From: a candidate division WOR-3 bacterium
Lineage (GTDB): Bacteria > Hydrothermota > Hydrothermia > LBFQ01 > DSFT01
Length of the DNA stretch: 64,000 nucleotides
Direction: 5' to 3'
Assembly: GCA_965649115.1 (NCBI GenBank)
Contig: CBFGJN010000001.1
Span: 568 to 64,567, forward strand
Shown in pieces: positions 9,428 to 18,778 of the stretch. Below the pieces are notes generated by a model. It was not told the DNA's origin. It did no database searches and was given only the letters and a program-made list of their open reading frames with translations. Both the position numbers and the translations under genes were made by a program. How positions within the stretch are numbered: position 1 is the stretch's first letter; the number at the start of each line of letters is the position of its first letter.

Positions 9428-10400
9428 AATCGCCTGTCCCGTACTTATCTATAAAAATAAACCTAAGATTTAAGCTTTCATAGTACCATATTTGATATGG
9501 TCTATCGTAAAGATTTAGTTCGCTTTTCTCTATATAATCAGGAGGTCCGTACCTTAAATAAACTAATCCCATAGCATTTATTTTGTTATTTTTAGTATAA
9601 TTTTTTATAACATAATGGTATCTTTGTAAAAATAATTCTTTCTCTTCGTTTAAATTTGTATTTGGAGTTGGGTCCTTATCTTTCCAAAAACTTTCCCACG
9701 CTTTCTTTAAGTCATTGTTGTTCTTTTTAAGATATTTACTAAATTCTCCTGAGTAAAGGTAGTTAAGAGCAAAGATAAGGTTTTTAAGTTCATCGGAAGT
9801 TAGGTTAAATAGTCCAAGCTTTTGAAATTCAAATGTTCTTGAAATTTTAAATTTTTTATATTTAAATTCTAATTTGCCTTCATATCTATCAAGTTTCAGG
9901 TTTTTAATTTCAAGAGGAATTTCTACTTCATTTTCACCATCTCTCAAATAAAATTTGTAGTTCTTCTTCGTTTTACTTTTTAAACTTTCAAATTTCATTT
10001 CAATATTTATAGTATCGTTAATTTTTGAATAGATTGGGACTTTTAATACTAAAAAACTATCATTTTCTTCATATTTATTTTTATTAGTTATAGGCTTTCC
10101 AAGAATAAAATAATCATTGCTTTGTGGTTTTAAGTTAAATGAAGTGTCATAAAGTGTAGCATCTGTTTTTTGGTTTTTAACTAAAAAATTAACTTTATAG
10201 CTTTCATTATATTTTAGGTTAATTTTTAAATTAAGAGAACTATCAAATTCAACAATTTCAGATTTAAAAATTTTTTTGTTTTCAAAAACATCATAAAGAG
10301 CTCTATAATTTCCTTTTTCATTTAAAACAAAATTAATAACTAATAAGTAGTTTTCTTTTTGAGGAATTTCTATGACTTGAATAAAATTAATAAGCCACAC
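9387..10400 (-). CDS. GWxTD domain-containing protein (paralog of 8228-9427)
   Basis: Same C-terminal block: FWKDKDP … GLVYLRYGPPDYI … YQIWYY … YGTGDYELAP. Confidence 0.7.
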   Translation of the reverse strand: MWLINFIQVIEIPQKENYLLVINFVLNEKGNYRALYDVFENKKIFKSEIVEFDSSLNLKINLKYNESYKVNFLVKNQKTDATLYDTSFNLKPQSNDYFILGKPITNKNKYEENDSFLVLKVPIYSKINDTINIEMKFESLKSKTKKNYKFYLRDGENEVEIPLEIKNLKLDRYEGKLEFKYKKFKISRTFEFQKLGLFNLTSDELKNLIFALNYLYSGEFSKYLKKNNNDLKKAWESFWKDKDPTPNTNLNEEKELFLQRYHYVIKNYTKNNKINAMGLVYLRYGPPDYIEKSELNLYDRPYQIWYYESLNLRFIFIDKYGTGDYELAPSSWTDYIR

Positions 10401-11235
10401 CTATCTCCCTCGCAAGTTGTTTTAGCCTCTTTATTCTTTCACTTGTTGGTGGGTGGGTTGAAAATAGTTTTTGTAATCCTTCCAAAACGGGAGGAATTAT
10501 AAACATATGACTTGTTGCTGGATTTGCTTGGAATTGATAATCATAAACACCCTTTTCAATTTTTTCAAGGGCATTTGCTAATGCTATTGGATCTCTTATA
10601 AATTTTGCTCCTGTCTCATCTGCTAGGAATTCTCTTGAACGGGATATAGCCATTTGTATTATTATAGCTGAGATTGGGGCAAGTAGAATTATTAATATAT
10701 CTAAAATTGGGTTATGATTTTGCCTTTCGTCTGAACTCCTAAAAATAAACATCCATCTTCCTATTTCAATTAAATATACAATAGCACTTGCCAAAACTGC
10801 GGAAATTGTAGATATTAAAATATCTCTATTTTTTATATGAGCTAACTCGTGAGCTATAACACCTTTTAATTCTCTTTCATCAAGTATTCTCAAAATACCA
10901 GTTGTGAATACAACTGCTGAATGATTAGGGTTTCTACCTGTTGCAAAGGCATTCGGAGCTGTTTCTTCTATTATATAGACCTTTGGCATAGGAAGATTTG
11001 CTTTTATTGCAACTTCCTTTACAAGTTCATATAACTTTGAACTTTTGTCAACTTCTTTTGCTCCGTACATTTTAAGGACAATTTTATCAGAGAACCAGTA
11101 AGAAAAGAAATTAAATATAATTGCAATAACGAGAGCAATCGTAAGTCCTATTTTCCCTCCAAAGTATCCACCAATCACAATTAAGAGAGCAGAAAGCAAC
11201 GTCAATAATATAAGTGTCTTTATTTGGTTAGTCAT
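10387..11235 (-). CDS. htpX: Zinc metalloprotease HtpX
   Basis: N-terminal TM helices, HEXXH motif AHELAHIKNRD, and M48 family length. Confidence 0.9.
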   Translation of the reverse strand: MTNQIKTLILLTLLSALLIVIGGYFGGKIGLTIALVIAIIFNFFSYWFSDKIVLKMYGAKEVDKSSKLYELVKEVAIKANLPMPKVYIIEETAPNAFATGRNPNHSAVVFTTGILRILDERELKGVIAHELAHIKNRDILISTISAVLASAIVYLIEIGRWMFIFRSSDERQNHNPILDILIILLAPISAIIIQMAISRSREFLADETGAKFIRDPIALANALEKIEKGVYDYQFQANPATSHMFIIPPVLEGLQKLFSTHPPTSERIKRLKQLAREIGVAY

Positions 11236-11237
11236 AT

Positions 11238-11252
11238 TGAAATTTTAAAGGA
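11238..11252 (-). promoter_or_regulatory. Promoter-like palindrome motif abutting the htpX start (leaderless arrangement)
   Basis: CTATCCTTTAAAATTTCAAT-ATG. TAAAAT lies 6 nt before the A of ATG. Confidence 0.5.
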
Positions 11253-11293
11253 TAGATTTTCTGTTTTAATTAAGCAAATAATCTGAGGCTTAT

Positions 11294-11372
11294 TGCTTTG
11301 TCCAATAAGAGGCATAAGAATGGTGATTTGTAAGCCGAAGGCTTGAATACAGGGTGAGTGGGAGAAATAAGA
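11294..11372 (-). repeat. Partial repeat copy in reverse orientation
   Basis: TGCTTTGTCCAATAAGA … AAGCCGAAGGCTT … AGGGTGAGTGGG, the reverse complements of the family boxes. Confidence 0.6.
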
Positions 11373-11433
11373 AATAATCTATTTGTCTAGTAAATTAAGG
11401 AAGGGTGAATGATTAAGCCTTTCTAAAAAATAA

Positions 11434-11612
11434 TGCTTTGTCCAGTAAATAATGTTAAGTAATTGACAATCAATAACTTATAAAAATCTACTTGAAACTA
11501 TTGATTTTATTGGGAGGAATTAAGGGGGCGAAGTTATAAGCGGAAGGCTTAATTTCAGTGGGGCTAGGAAAACAAAGAAAAATAAATACTTTCAGAATTT
11601 TCAGACACACCA
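11434..11612 (-). repeat. Repeat copy in reverse orientation
   Basis: TGCTTTGTCCAGTAAATAATG … TCAATAACTTATAAAA … GGGGGCGAAG … AAGCGGAAGGCTT … TTTCAGAATTTTCAGACACACCA. Confidence 0.7.
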
Positions 11613-11680
11613 GATAGTAAGGAAAGTTATGCTTTAAAATTTTCAAAGTTAGCTATGCTAACTAAAAAGGAGGTAAGGGT

Positions 11681-12109
11681 ATGAAGGTAAAAATGCTAAC
11701 AATAACAATAATCCTAGTAGGGGCAATATCTGCTGTAATGCTAATGGGACAATCTAAAACTAAACAGACTACTGACTTTACAGTATATATAAGAGCTTAT
11801 GATACGAATATACCAGAAGCTACGATAGAAGGTGTCCAAATAAAAAACGTAAGGCAATTCAATGTAATAAATGAACCATCTGACTTAGTTGTAAGAAAAG
11901 GAACCACTGTAAATGTAAGAATCATAAATGAATCTCCTATAAGTGAGAACTTTTCAATAGATGGTTATAATGATGTAAATTGGACACTGAAAGCAAAGGA
12001 AACCAAAGAATTTTCATTTGTTGCCAATAAAGTTGGTTCATATACTATATGGTGTAATCTACATCCTAAGAATATTCATCTTCCTGGAACATTTTCAGTA
12101 ATAGAATGA
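11681..12109 (+). CDS. Secreted cupredoxin-like (putative copper-binding) protein
   Basis: Signal peptide, then a C-terminal [10 protein letters not shown] block resembling a type-1 copper ligand set. Co-oriented and overlapping with the SCO1 gene. AAAGGAGGT RBS. Confidence 0.45.
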   Translation: MKVKMLTITIILVGAISAVMLMGQSKTKQTTDFTVYIRAYDTNIPEATIEGVQIKNVRQFNVINEPSDLVVRKGTTVNVRIINESPISENFSIDGYNDVNWTLKAKETKEFSFVANKVGSYTIWCNLHPKNIHLPGTFSVIE

Positions 12110-12642
12110 AAAAAATTATCATTTTTGGACTCCTTTTGGGGTCCTGCCAAAAAAATTTCAATGGAATGGTTTTGAAAGAACCAATTAAAGTAGAGCAAGA
12201 TTTCTTTTTGTTTGATTACAATGGAAATATAATTAATTTAAAAAACATTCTGAAAAGTTATAACTTAATTTTCTTCGGATATACAAGTTGTCCTGATGTA
12301 TGTTTTTTAGCTCTCAAAGATATTTCTGAAACTTTGAGATATGTCAAAAAGAAAGAAATAAATGTTATATTTATAAGTTTAGATTTAAAAAGGGATAAGC
12401 CTGAAATTGTAAAAAGTTATTTAAGCAAATTCAATAGTTCGTTTCTTGGATTTATTCCAAAGGATGAAAATGAATTGTATAAAATTTCAAAATTTTTCTC
12501 AGTTGCTTATGAAATAGATACTTTATCAGGTTATATTGGTCATAGTGCTTTTATTATATTCGTAAAAGGTAATAAAATTATTGAGTACTTTCCAATTGGG
12601 ATGAAACCTATTGATATAGCATCTGATATAAATAAATTCTAA
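12106..12642 (+). CDS. SCO1/SenC family copper chaperone (cytochrome oxidase CuA assembly)
   Basis: Thioredoxin-fold CxxxC motif [10 protein letters not shown]. Confidence 0.75.
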   Translation: MKKIIIFGLLLGSCQKNFNGMVLKEPIKVEQDFFLFDYNGNIINLKNILKSYNLIFFGYTSCPDVCFLALKDISETLRYVKKKEINVIFISLDLKRDKPEIVKSYLSKFNSSFLGFIPKDENELYKISKFFSVAYEIDTLSGYIGHSAFIIFVKGNKIIEYFPIGMKPIDIASDINKF

Positions 12643-12694
12643 TAAGGATAAATCTTTATGAATTTTTAATGAAATTATTGAATTTGTAGGGGTT

Positions 12695-12880
12695 TGCCTT
12701 CCTATACCGAAAAAGTGTTAAGTTGTTGATTATTAATAATTTATAAATTTTTAAGAAAATCACTTATTTATTGGGGGGTTTTAAGGAGGACGAAGATTTT
12801 AAGCCATAGGCTAAGTTTTTATTTTTGTAAATCAAAACATTTGCCTCCATAAGTTATTGATAATCAGAAATTTATAAAAC
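12695..12880. repeat. Degenerate repeat-family remnant(s)
   Basis: GGGGGGTTTTAAGGAGGACGAAG, AAGCCATAGGCTAAG and TTATTGATAATCAG boxes. Confidence 0.45.
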
Positions 12881-12917
12881 TTGAAATGGTACCACATTAA
12901 ACTAAAAAATTTTCAGC

Positions 12918-14297
12918 ATGATTTTACTAACCTTTCATTTCATAAATGGTTATGGCGATAATGTAGATAACTACGCTTATTCTATAAGTATAACATCAGC
13001 TAATGAGATTATTGTTGTTGGTAAAGATGGTGGTGGTATGATAACGAAAATGGATTTAAATGGAAATATAAAATGGGCAAAGAGAGTAGGAGGACTATAT
13101 ACTATAAACGATATTGTAGAAACATTAGATGGTAAATATATTGTAGTTGGACAAACGGATGCAGGGAATATTTTTATATCTAAAATTGATACGAATGGAA
13201 TAGAAATTTGGAAAAAATCAATATATAATGGTGGGCTTGCTTCTGGTTATAAGATAGTAAAACTAGGAGATGGAAATTATTTAATTATTGATTATTTTAG
13301 GGGTATTGCAGTAATAGATGAGAGTGGAAATGTAATAAAAACTAGGAAAGAAAATACTTATTCCAATACGATATTTTACACTGGTTTGGCAAGAATTGAG
13401 GGTAGTTACTTAATAGCAGGCAATATCTCTTCACAAGGAATGGCTATTGTTCATACTGACTTTTCAATTGATTATTTTACAAAAGCAGATAATCCTAATG
13501 CTTCTATTTATCCTTACTTTATTTTTCAAGATGATGATAGTTCGTGCATTATTACTGGCTCTATTAACTCACAAGGCTTTATAATAAGACTTGATAAAAA
13601 TATAAATCCATTTCAATTAAAGTGGGCTAAAATTTATAATGGAACGAATAACATAAAATTTATTTCAAAAACTTCTGATGGAAATTATATTGCTATTGGA
13701 AACTATAAACCAAATAATGATTCTACTCAAATTGTCATATTTAAAACAGATACACTTGGAAATGTTATTTTCTCTAAAATTTTTAAGAGTCTTCATAATA
13801 AGTTCATCACATCAGCTATTTATAAAAATGGCTATGTCTATGTAATTTCAAATTTTAAGAATGTTAATAATAATGTCGATTTTTTGGTTATGAAAATAGA
13901 TGAGAACCTATCAGGAGATTGTAATTTCCAAAATCATAATTTAACATATAGTGATTTTCAGCTTAACAGGCAAGCTTTAACTCATTCTTACAATATATCA
14001 AATTCAATAAGTACTCCATCAACATCAATAAATGATTTGAATTATAATAGCTATAATTTTTGTACTACTCATAATCTTGAAAGTTGTCATTATAATATAT
14101 CAATCTCAATAAGTGGATACAATTTGAAAATTTATTCTCCATACAGAAATGAAATGTTTTATATTTACGATGTTTTAGGTAATCTTATAAAAAGAGGATA
14201 TTTAAAAGAAAATAATTTAATTAGTTTTAGTAAAGCGGGAATTTACATTTTAAAAGTTAAAGACAGAACTTATAAACTTTTCATAGGAAGGAGGTGA
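12918..14297 (+). CDS. SBBP beta-propeller-repeat protein with a T9SS C-terminal sorting domain
   Basis: Repeats of the DG(K/N)YI(V/A)(V/I)G type. C-terminus …AGIYILKVKDRTYKLFIGRR. N-terminus MILLTFHF, with no classical signal peptide. Confidence 0.7.
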   Translation: MILLTFHFINGYGDNVDNYAYSISITSANEIIVVGKDGGGMITKMDLNGNIKWAKRVGGLYTINDIVETLDGKYIVVGQTDAGNIFISKIDTNGIEIWKKSIYNGGLASGYKIVKLGDGNYLIIDYFRGIAVIDESGNVIKTRKENTYSNTIFYTGLARIEGSYLIAGNISSQGMAIVHTDFSIDYFTKADNPNASIYPYFIFQDDDSSCIITGSINSQGFIIRLDKNINPFQLKWAKIYNGTNNIKFISKTSDGNYIAIGNYKPNNDSTQIVIFKTDTLGNVIFSKIFKSLHNKFITSAIYKNGYVYVISNFKNVNNNVDFLVMKIDENLSGDCNFQNHNLTYSDFQLNRQALTHSYNISNSISTPSTSINDLNYNSYNFCTTHNLESCHYNISISISGYNLKIYSPYRNEMFYIYDVLGNLIKRGYLKENNLISFSKAGIYILKVKDRTYKLFIGRR

Positions 14298-14404
14298 GTT
14301 TATGTTAATGTTTATAATGAGCGAGATATTTCTTTGGAGAGGTGTAGCACAGGAACTAGAAAAAAGTTTCTATAAATTTAAAACTATAAAAAGGAGGTGA
14401 AAAT

Positions 14405-15520
14405 ATGATGCCCCTTATAATAACCACCATAACTCAAAACAACCCTGGAATGTGGGATGAATACATAAGAACCTACGAGAGGACAATAATAGAGAACAAA
14501 GGACAACTGAAAGACAGAGAAATAATCCTATACTCAAAAATAGACAAAAACCTAAACATATACCTAAAAGAGGACGGACTATACTTTGTAATATACTCAA
14601 ACGAAAAATATAACATAGTAAAGTACAATCTTATGTCATCAAGAATAAAAAAAGAGAACATAGTATATGAAGAAGAACTACCTGGATACAGAAATTACTA
14701 TTTATCAAATAGCCAAGGGGTGCTTTTTGTAAAGAGTTATAAGAAAGCCATAATAAAGGACATATATAACAACATAGATTGGGTATTAAAATTTGACGAA
14801 TATGGCAAATTTCATCACGAATTTATAGTAAAGAAAGGGGGGAGAGTTGAAGACATAAAGATAAGGATTGAAAATGGAAAAATCAGAATAGATGATAACA
14901 GAAAAAACATAATAATAACTACTGAACTTGGAGAGATAAAAGATGGAAACTTAATAGCATATCAAGAAGGCAAGGAAATTGAAGTAAAATTAAATTTGAG
15001 TAATAATAATGAAATAACTTATGAAGTTTCAAATTATGACAAGAACAAGGATTTAACAATTGACCCAAATACACTAATATGGTCTACTTACTTTGGAGGA
15101 AGTAGTGATGATTTTTCTTATTCCATTACAACAGATGCTAATGGTAATGTATATATAACGGGATACACTGCTTCAACAGACTTTCCATTAGCAAATCCAG
15201 GAGGAGGCGCTTATTTTGATAATACTCAAAATGGTTCTTACGATGCTTTCATTTCAAAATTTACTGGTTCAACTTCCATAAATGAAAAATATGAATATAC
15301 CTATATTAAAGATGGAATATATTTAAATCTACAAAAGACAGACAAGCCCATTAAAGTTATAATTTATAGCATAGATGGAAAGTTAATAAGAGAATATAAC
15401 TATTTAAAATCAGATGGGAAATTATTTATTAGAACCAAAGAATTAAAAAATGGCATTTATATTATAAAGGTTTATATTGATAGTAGAGAAGTTCTAAGTT
15501 TAAAAGCAATTAAAAATTAA
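14405..15520 (+). CDS. SBBP-repeat protein with an N-terminal DUF-type domain and a T9SS C-terminal domain
   Basis: Canonical SBBP block LIWSTYFGGSSDDFSYSITTDANGNVYITGYTASTDFP…YDAFISKF. C-terminus NGIYIIKVYIDSREVLSLKAIKN. AAGGAGGTG RBS. Confidence 0.75.
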   Translation: MMPLIITTITQNNPGMWDEYIRTYERTIIENKGQLKDREIILYSKIDKNLNIYLKEDGLYFVIYSNEKYNIVKYNLMSSRIKKENIVYEEELPGYRNYYLSNSQGVLFVKSYKKAIIKDIYNNIDWVLKFDEYGKFHHEFIVKKGGRVEDIKIRIENGKIRIDDNRKNIIITTELGEIKDGNLIAYQEGKEIEVKLNLSNNNEITYEVSNYDKNKDLTIDPNTLIWSTYFGGSSDDFSYSITTDANGNVYITGYTASTDFPLANPGGGAYFDNTQNGSYDAFISKFTGSTSINEKYEYTYIKDGIYLNLQKTDKPIKVIIYSIDGKLIREYNYLKSDGKLFIRTKELKNGIYIIKVYIDSREVLSLKAIKN

Positions 15521-15535
15521 AAAGGAGGTCAAGCT

Positions 15536-17002
15536 ATGCTCTTCTTTATCATAAATCAAACACTTCTTTGGATGGCGACTGAACAGGGTAATGGTCCAGG
15601 GGGTGCATCTATGAAGATTATCTATTATAATGATACACTCTTTTCTTTTGGAACGCTGAATATGAGTAATTTCTCAACCGACTACGATGTATGTAGTATA
15701 TCTTATAGCATGAATGGGACTAAACTTTGGCAAAATTGCTACGGTGGTAATGCTAATTCAAATGACCATTTTGGTGACGCTATAATAGGAATTGACGGAT
15801 ATATATATACTACCGCTGGGGTTAAGAATTTAAGTAGTGATTATGATATAGTTGTTTATAAGCACAATAGGGCTAATCTTATACCTGTATGGAGTTATTT
15901 GTATAACAGCTCTCAAAATAGGTGGGATGAAAGTAGTGTTATTGTCCAGGATAATAGTGGGAATCTGTATGTAGGGGGCTATTCTGATACAATTGTTAAT
16001 AACACTACAAGTCAAAAGCATATTGTTTTAAGCCTTAATCAAAATGGAAATTTAAGATGGATTTATAAGAATTATGTAGGTAATAATTGGGGATATTCTC
16101 AAGGTGTTCGATCAATAGCTTATGTTAATAATGCTGTTTATGCTTCTGGAACATTTAATTCTTCAACAATTTTTTCATTAAATGCTAATAATGGTTCTTT
16201 GAAGTGGTACAATTCGCAAGTTTTGCCTAATGATAATATAATTTACGATAATGGTTATTTATATGTTTCTGGTGTTAAATGGTTTGCTGGCGTACCAAAA
16301 TTAACAGTTGATAAAGTTGATACGATAAATGGTAGTTCTATATGGGGGACGATAGTATCAGATTCTATAGCAACTGGGAGCACACGGATTACAAAAGGAA
16401 CTGATGGATATATTTATTTTATTGGTTGTGCAAGTTATAATAATGTTTATCAATATATTATTTCAAAAATTGATCCTCAAAATGGGCAGAAAATTTTTGC
16501 TTCAAATTATTCAATATTGAATTCTTCTTGTCCTGGTTCTACGCCTGTTATTTATGGCAATAATGGTAGTTTATATTTTGGTGGAAAAAGAGCTGATTCA
16601 CTTGTTATTTATAAAATAAATTCACAAAATGGAAACTTAATATGGAAATGGACTTATCCCCAATCTATGGTTTATTCAATCGTTTATGTTAATTCAAATC
16701 CTCCAAAAATATGTGGCTCTGGGTATTTAGGGAATAACTTTCTAACATTTTGTATTCAAGATAATTCAACTCAAATTTTAGAGAAGAGTAATTTAATAAT
16801 AAAGGATAACAAGATAATTGTAAAGTTGTCTGGAGTTTCAAAAAACAATTTAAAAATTGCTTTATATTCTGTTGATGGAAGGAAAATCTATGAAAGTAGT
16901 TTTGAAATTAAGAATGGGGAAGTTTCTCTTAATAAACCTGATAGAAGAGGTATTTACATTATAAAAATTGAATCCATAGGAAGCATGAGGGTTATTTTTT
17001 AA
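15536..17002 (+). CDS. SBBP beta-propeller-repeat protein with a T9SS C-terminal sorting domain
   Basis: Repeats GNLYVGGYSD and NAVYASGTF. C-terminus KIALYSVDGRKIY…RGIYIIKIESIGSMRVIF. AAAGGAGGT RBS. Confidence 0.75.
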   Translation: MLFFIINQTLLWMATEQGNGPGGASMKIIYYNDTLFSFGTLNMSNFSTDYDVCSISYSMNGTKLWQNCYGGNANSNDHFGDAIIGIDGYIYTTAGVKNLSSDYDIVVYKHNRANLIPVWSYLYNSSQNRWDESSVIVQDNSGNLYVGGYSDTIVNNTTSQKHIVLSLNQNGNLRWIYKNYVGNNWGYSQGVRSIAYVNNAVYASGTFNSSTIFSLNANNGSLKWYNSQVLPNDNIIYDNGYLYVSGVKWFAGVPKLTVDKVDTINGSSIWGTIVSDSIATGSTRITKGTDGYIYFIGCASYNNVYQYIISKIDPQNGQKIFASNYSILNSSCPGSTPVIYGNNGSLYFGGKRADSLVIYKINSQNGNLIWKWTYPQSMVYSIVYVNSNPPKICGSGYLGNNFLTFCIQDNSTQILEKSNLIIKDNKIIVKLSGVSKNNLKIALYSVDGRKIYESSFEIKNGEVSLNKPDRRGIYIIKIESIGSMRVIF

Positions 17003-17004
17003 AA

Positions 17005-17020
17005 AGGGGCTCTTGCCCCT
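17005..17020. terminator. Bidirectional intrinsic terminator hairpin between convergent genes
   Basis: AGGGGCTCTTGCCCCT GC-rich hairpin flanked by T-run and A-run. Confidence 0.6.
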
Positions 17021-17023
17021 AAA

Positions 17024-18469
17024 TTAAGAGCTTTTTACTTGTACATTTAAAAATACATCGTTGTAATTTTTTGAAATAATTTCAAATCCAAATTTTTTAT
17101 TTAAATAGTTTATAATTCGCTTGACTTCTTTTTTTCTAAAATAATAGTAGCTATTTAGGTTAATGTGGCATTGCGATTTTATTAAACTTAATAAAAATTT
17201 ACAAGCTTTGCTATTCTTTCTCAATTTTATTAATTTATTATCAATTTTGAAGTTGATGAATGTTTTTTCTTCAATTAAACTTAAACTTTTTGGAAGTTTC
17301 AAGTATCTTGAAATAATTTTTAAGAATTTTAAATTTTTCTGTGCTTTTGGAATTTTTCTAAATAAAATCATATTTAAATATAAATGAGTTAAAACTTTAT
17401 GCTTCTTCGCCAACTGAAATGCATTATTGAACCTACCTTTCAAAAAATAATAAGTAATTTTATCCTTAATTCTTAAAGAATTTTTAAAAGAATTTAAGTC
17501 AATTTTAGGTTTTAAGTTATCGTATATTGCTTTTTTTAGGTTTATAAGCATTTCGTAATTACTATAAGCAATTTTGTATTTATGACATAAAAATGAGATT
17601 TTTCTTAAATTAATCTCAAATAAAACTTGCTGATCTGTCATTAAGTAGGCAATAGCTTTTTTTACTAAATATGCTATTTGTTCTCCATCATATTTACTTT
17701 TAAAGCCAAAAGTCAAGAATTTTCTGAAATTTCCTTCATAAAAGTAAATATCAGGGTCTTGTGGATTAATTTTTTCAAGCTTGTCAATAGTTCCAATTGA
17801 AACATAAATGCTTTTTAATAAATTATATATCCAGTTTTCTTGTTGTTTTCTATAAAGTTTTTCAAATAATTTCAAGAGTTTATTTAAAACTTCTTTTCTA
17901 TCCCACAAGGAATTTAGAATCATACCGAAAATTCTATATTTCAGCCAATTAGGCAGTTTTATGATATTACCTTTTTCGTTATTGTAAATTTCAAAAATTT
18001 CATCTTTTTTCCCTAAGTTTCTCAAAATCTCAAGTTTTACAAGTAAAAATTTATAGTAGGAAAATTTATAACTTGATTTTATACATATCTCCATATATTC
18101 TTCAACTTTTTTTAAGGCTAAGTGAAAGTCAATTTTTCCAAATGATATTAAATGATTATATTTATGTGGTAGATGAAATAGTGGAAGATACTTATCATCA
18201 ATGCTTTCATAAAGATATGTCCATTCTTGTTTTAATAAATTATATTTCAAAATTTCTTTTATTGATTTAAAGTCCTTTTGCTCTATTAATTTTGTTATAA
18301 TTTTTAAAAACTCATTGCTTGGATATTCAAATGAATAAACACCGTATCTTGATAGTTTTTCATTTATTGTTGAGATTGGTAATTTGAAATGTTTTGAGAT
18401 TTTTTTATGATGAAAAATTAAATTTTTTTCCACATACAAGTAAATTTTATAAGCAATTTCATCTATCAT
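17024..18469 (-). CDS. Hypothetical lysine-rich helical protein
   Basis: Long ORF with a promoter palindrome directly at its start. No recognisable motif. Confidence 0.4.
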   Translation of the reverse strand: MIDEIAYKIYLYVEKNLIFHHKKISKHFKLPISTINEKLSRYGVYSFEYPSNEFLKIITKLIEQKDFKSIKEILKYNLLKQEWTYLYESIDDKYLPLFHLPHKYNHLISFGKIDFHLALKKVEEYMEICIKSSYKFSYYKFLLVKLEILRNLGKKDEIFEIYNNEKGNIIKLPNWLKYRIFGMILNSLWDRKEVLNKLLKLFEKLYRKQQENWIYNLLKSIYVSIGTIDKLEKINPQDPDIYFYEGNFRKFLTFGFKSKYDGEQIAYLVKKAIAYLMTDQQVLFEINLRKISFLCHKYKIAYSNYEMLINLKKAIYDNLKPKIDLNSFKNSLRIKDKITYYFLKGRFNNAFQLAKKHKVLTHLYLNMILFRKIPKAQKNLKFLKIISRYLKLPKSLSLIEEKTFINFKIDNKLIKLRKNSKACKFLLSLIKSQCHINLNSYYYFRKKEVKRIINYLNKKFGFEIISKNYNDVFLNVQVKSS

Positions 18470-18483
18470 AGTAAAATTTTAAA

Positions 18484-18737
18484 GCTGTGTCTAATAATTC
18501 TGGAATTATTTATTTTCCTCCTAAAACAAGGATTTCTAATAAATTTTCATAAGTTAAAGCATAATTCTAAAAATATAATCATTCCTATTTAAGGCTTCAC
18601 AATTCATCAACCCTCCATTGTCTTGAAATGCTTGAAGTAATAGGGAATTAAAAAGGCTTAGAACCGAAGGCTCAATTCGTAGGGTGAGTGGTAAAAGTAT
18701 AGAAATAATTATACTCTCAGAATTTTTGGACACAGCA
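18484..18737. repeat. Repeat element with perfect inverted ends (head-to-head arrangement of family termini)
   Basis: Starts GCTGTGTCTAATAATTCTGG and ends CAGAATTTTTGGACACAGCA. The interior has AACCGAAGGCTC and AGGGTGAGTGG boxes in reverse orientation. Confidence 0.7.
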
Positions 18738-18757
18738 AAAACCATTTATTTTTTAGC

Positions 18758-18774
18758 TTTAAAATTTTCAAAGT
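18758..18774 (+). promoter_or_regulatory. Promoter-like palindrome CTTTAAAATTTTCAAAG upstream of serS
   Basis: Ends 4 nt before the serS ATG. No Shine-Dalgarno sequence. Confidence 0.5.
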
Positions 18775-18778
18775 TTTT

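Noticed and set aside
11294-11400. Possible G-quadruplex from GGGTGAGTGGG / GGGTGGGTGGG boxes
   Set aside because: There are only three G-runs per box. The fourth run is 50-60 nt away, so this is not a canonical G4 motif.
18554-18745. 63-aa ORF inside the repeat element
   Set aside because: It lies within a repeat copy and is not conserved among copies. It is unlikely to be coding.
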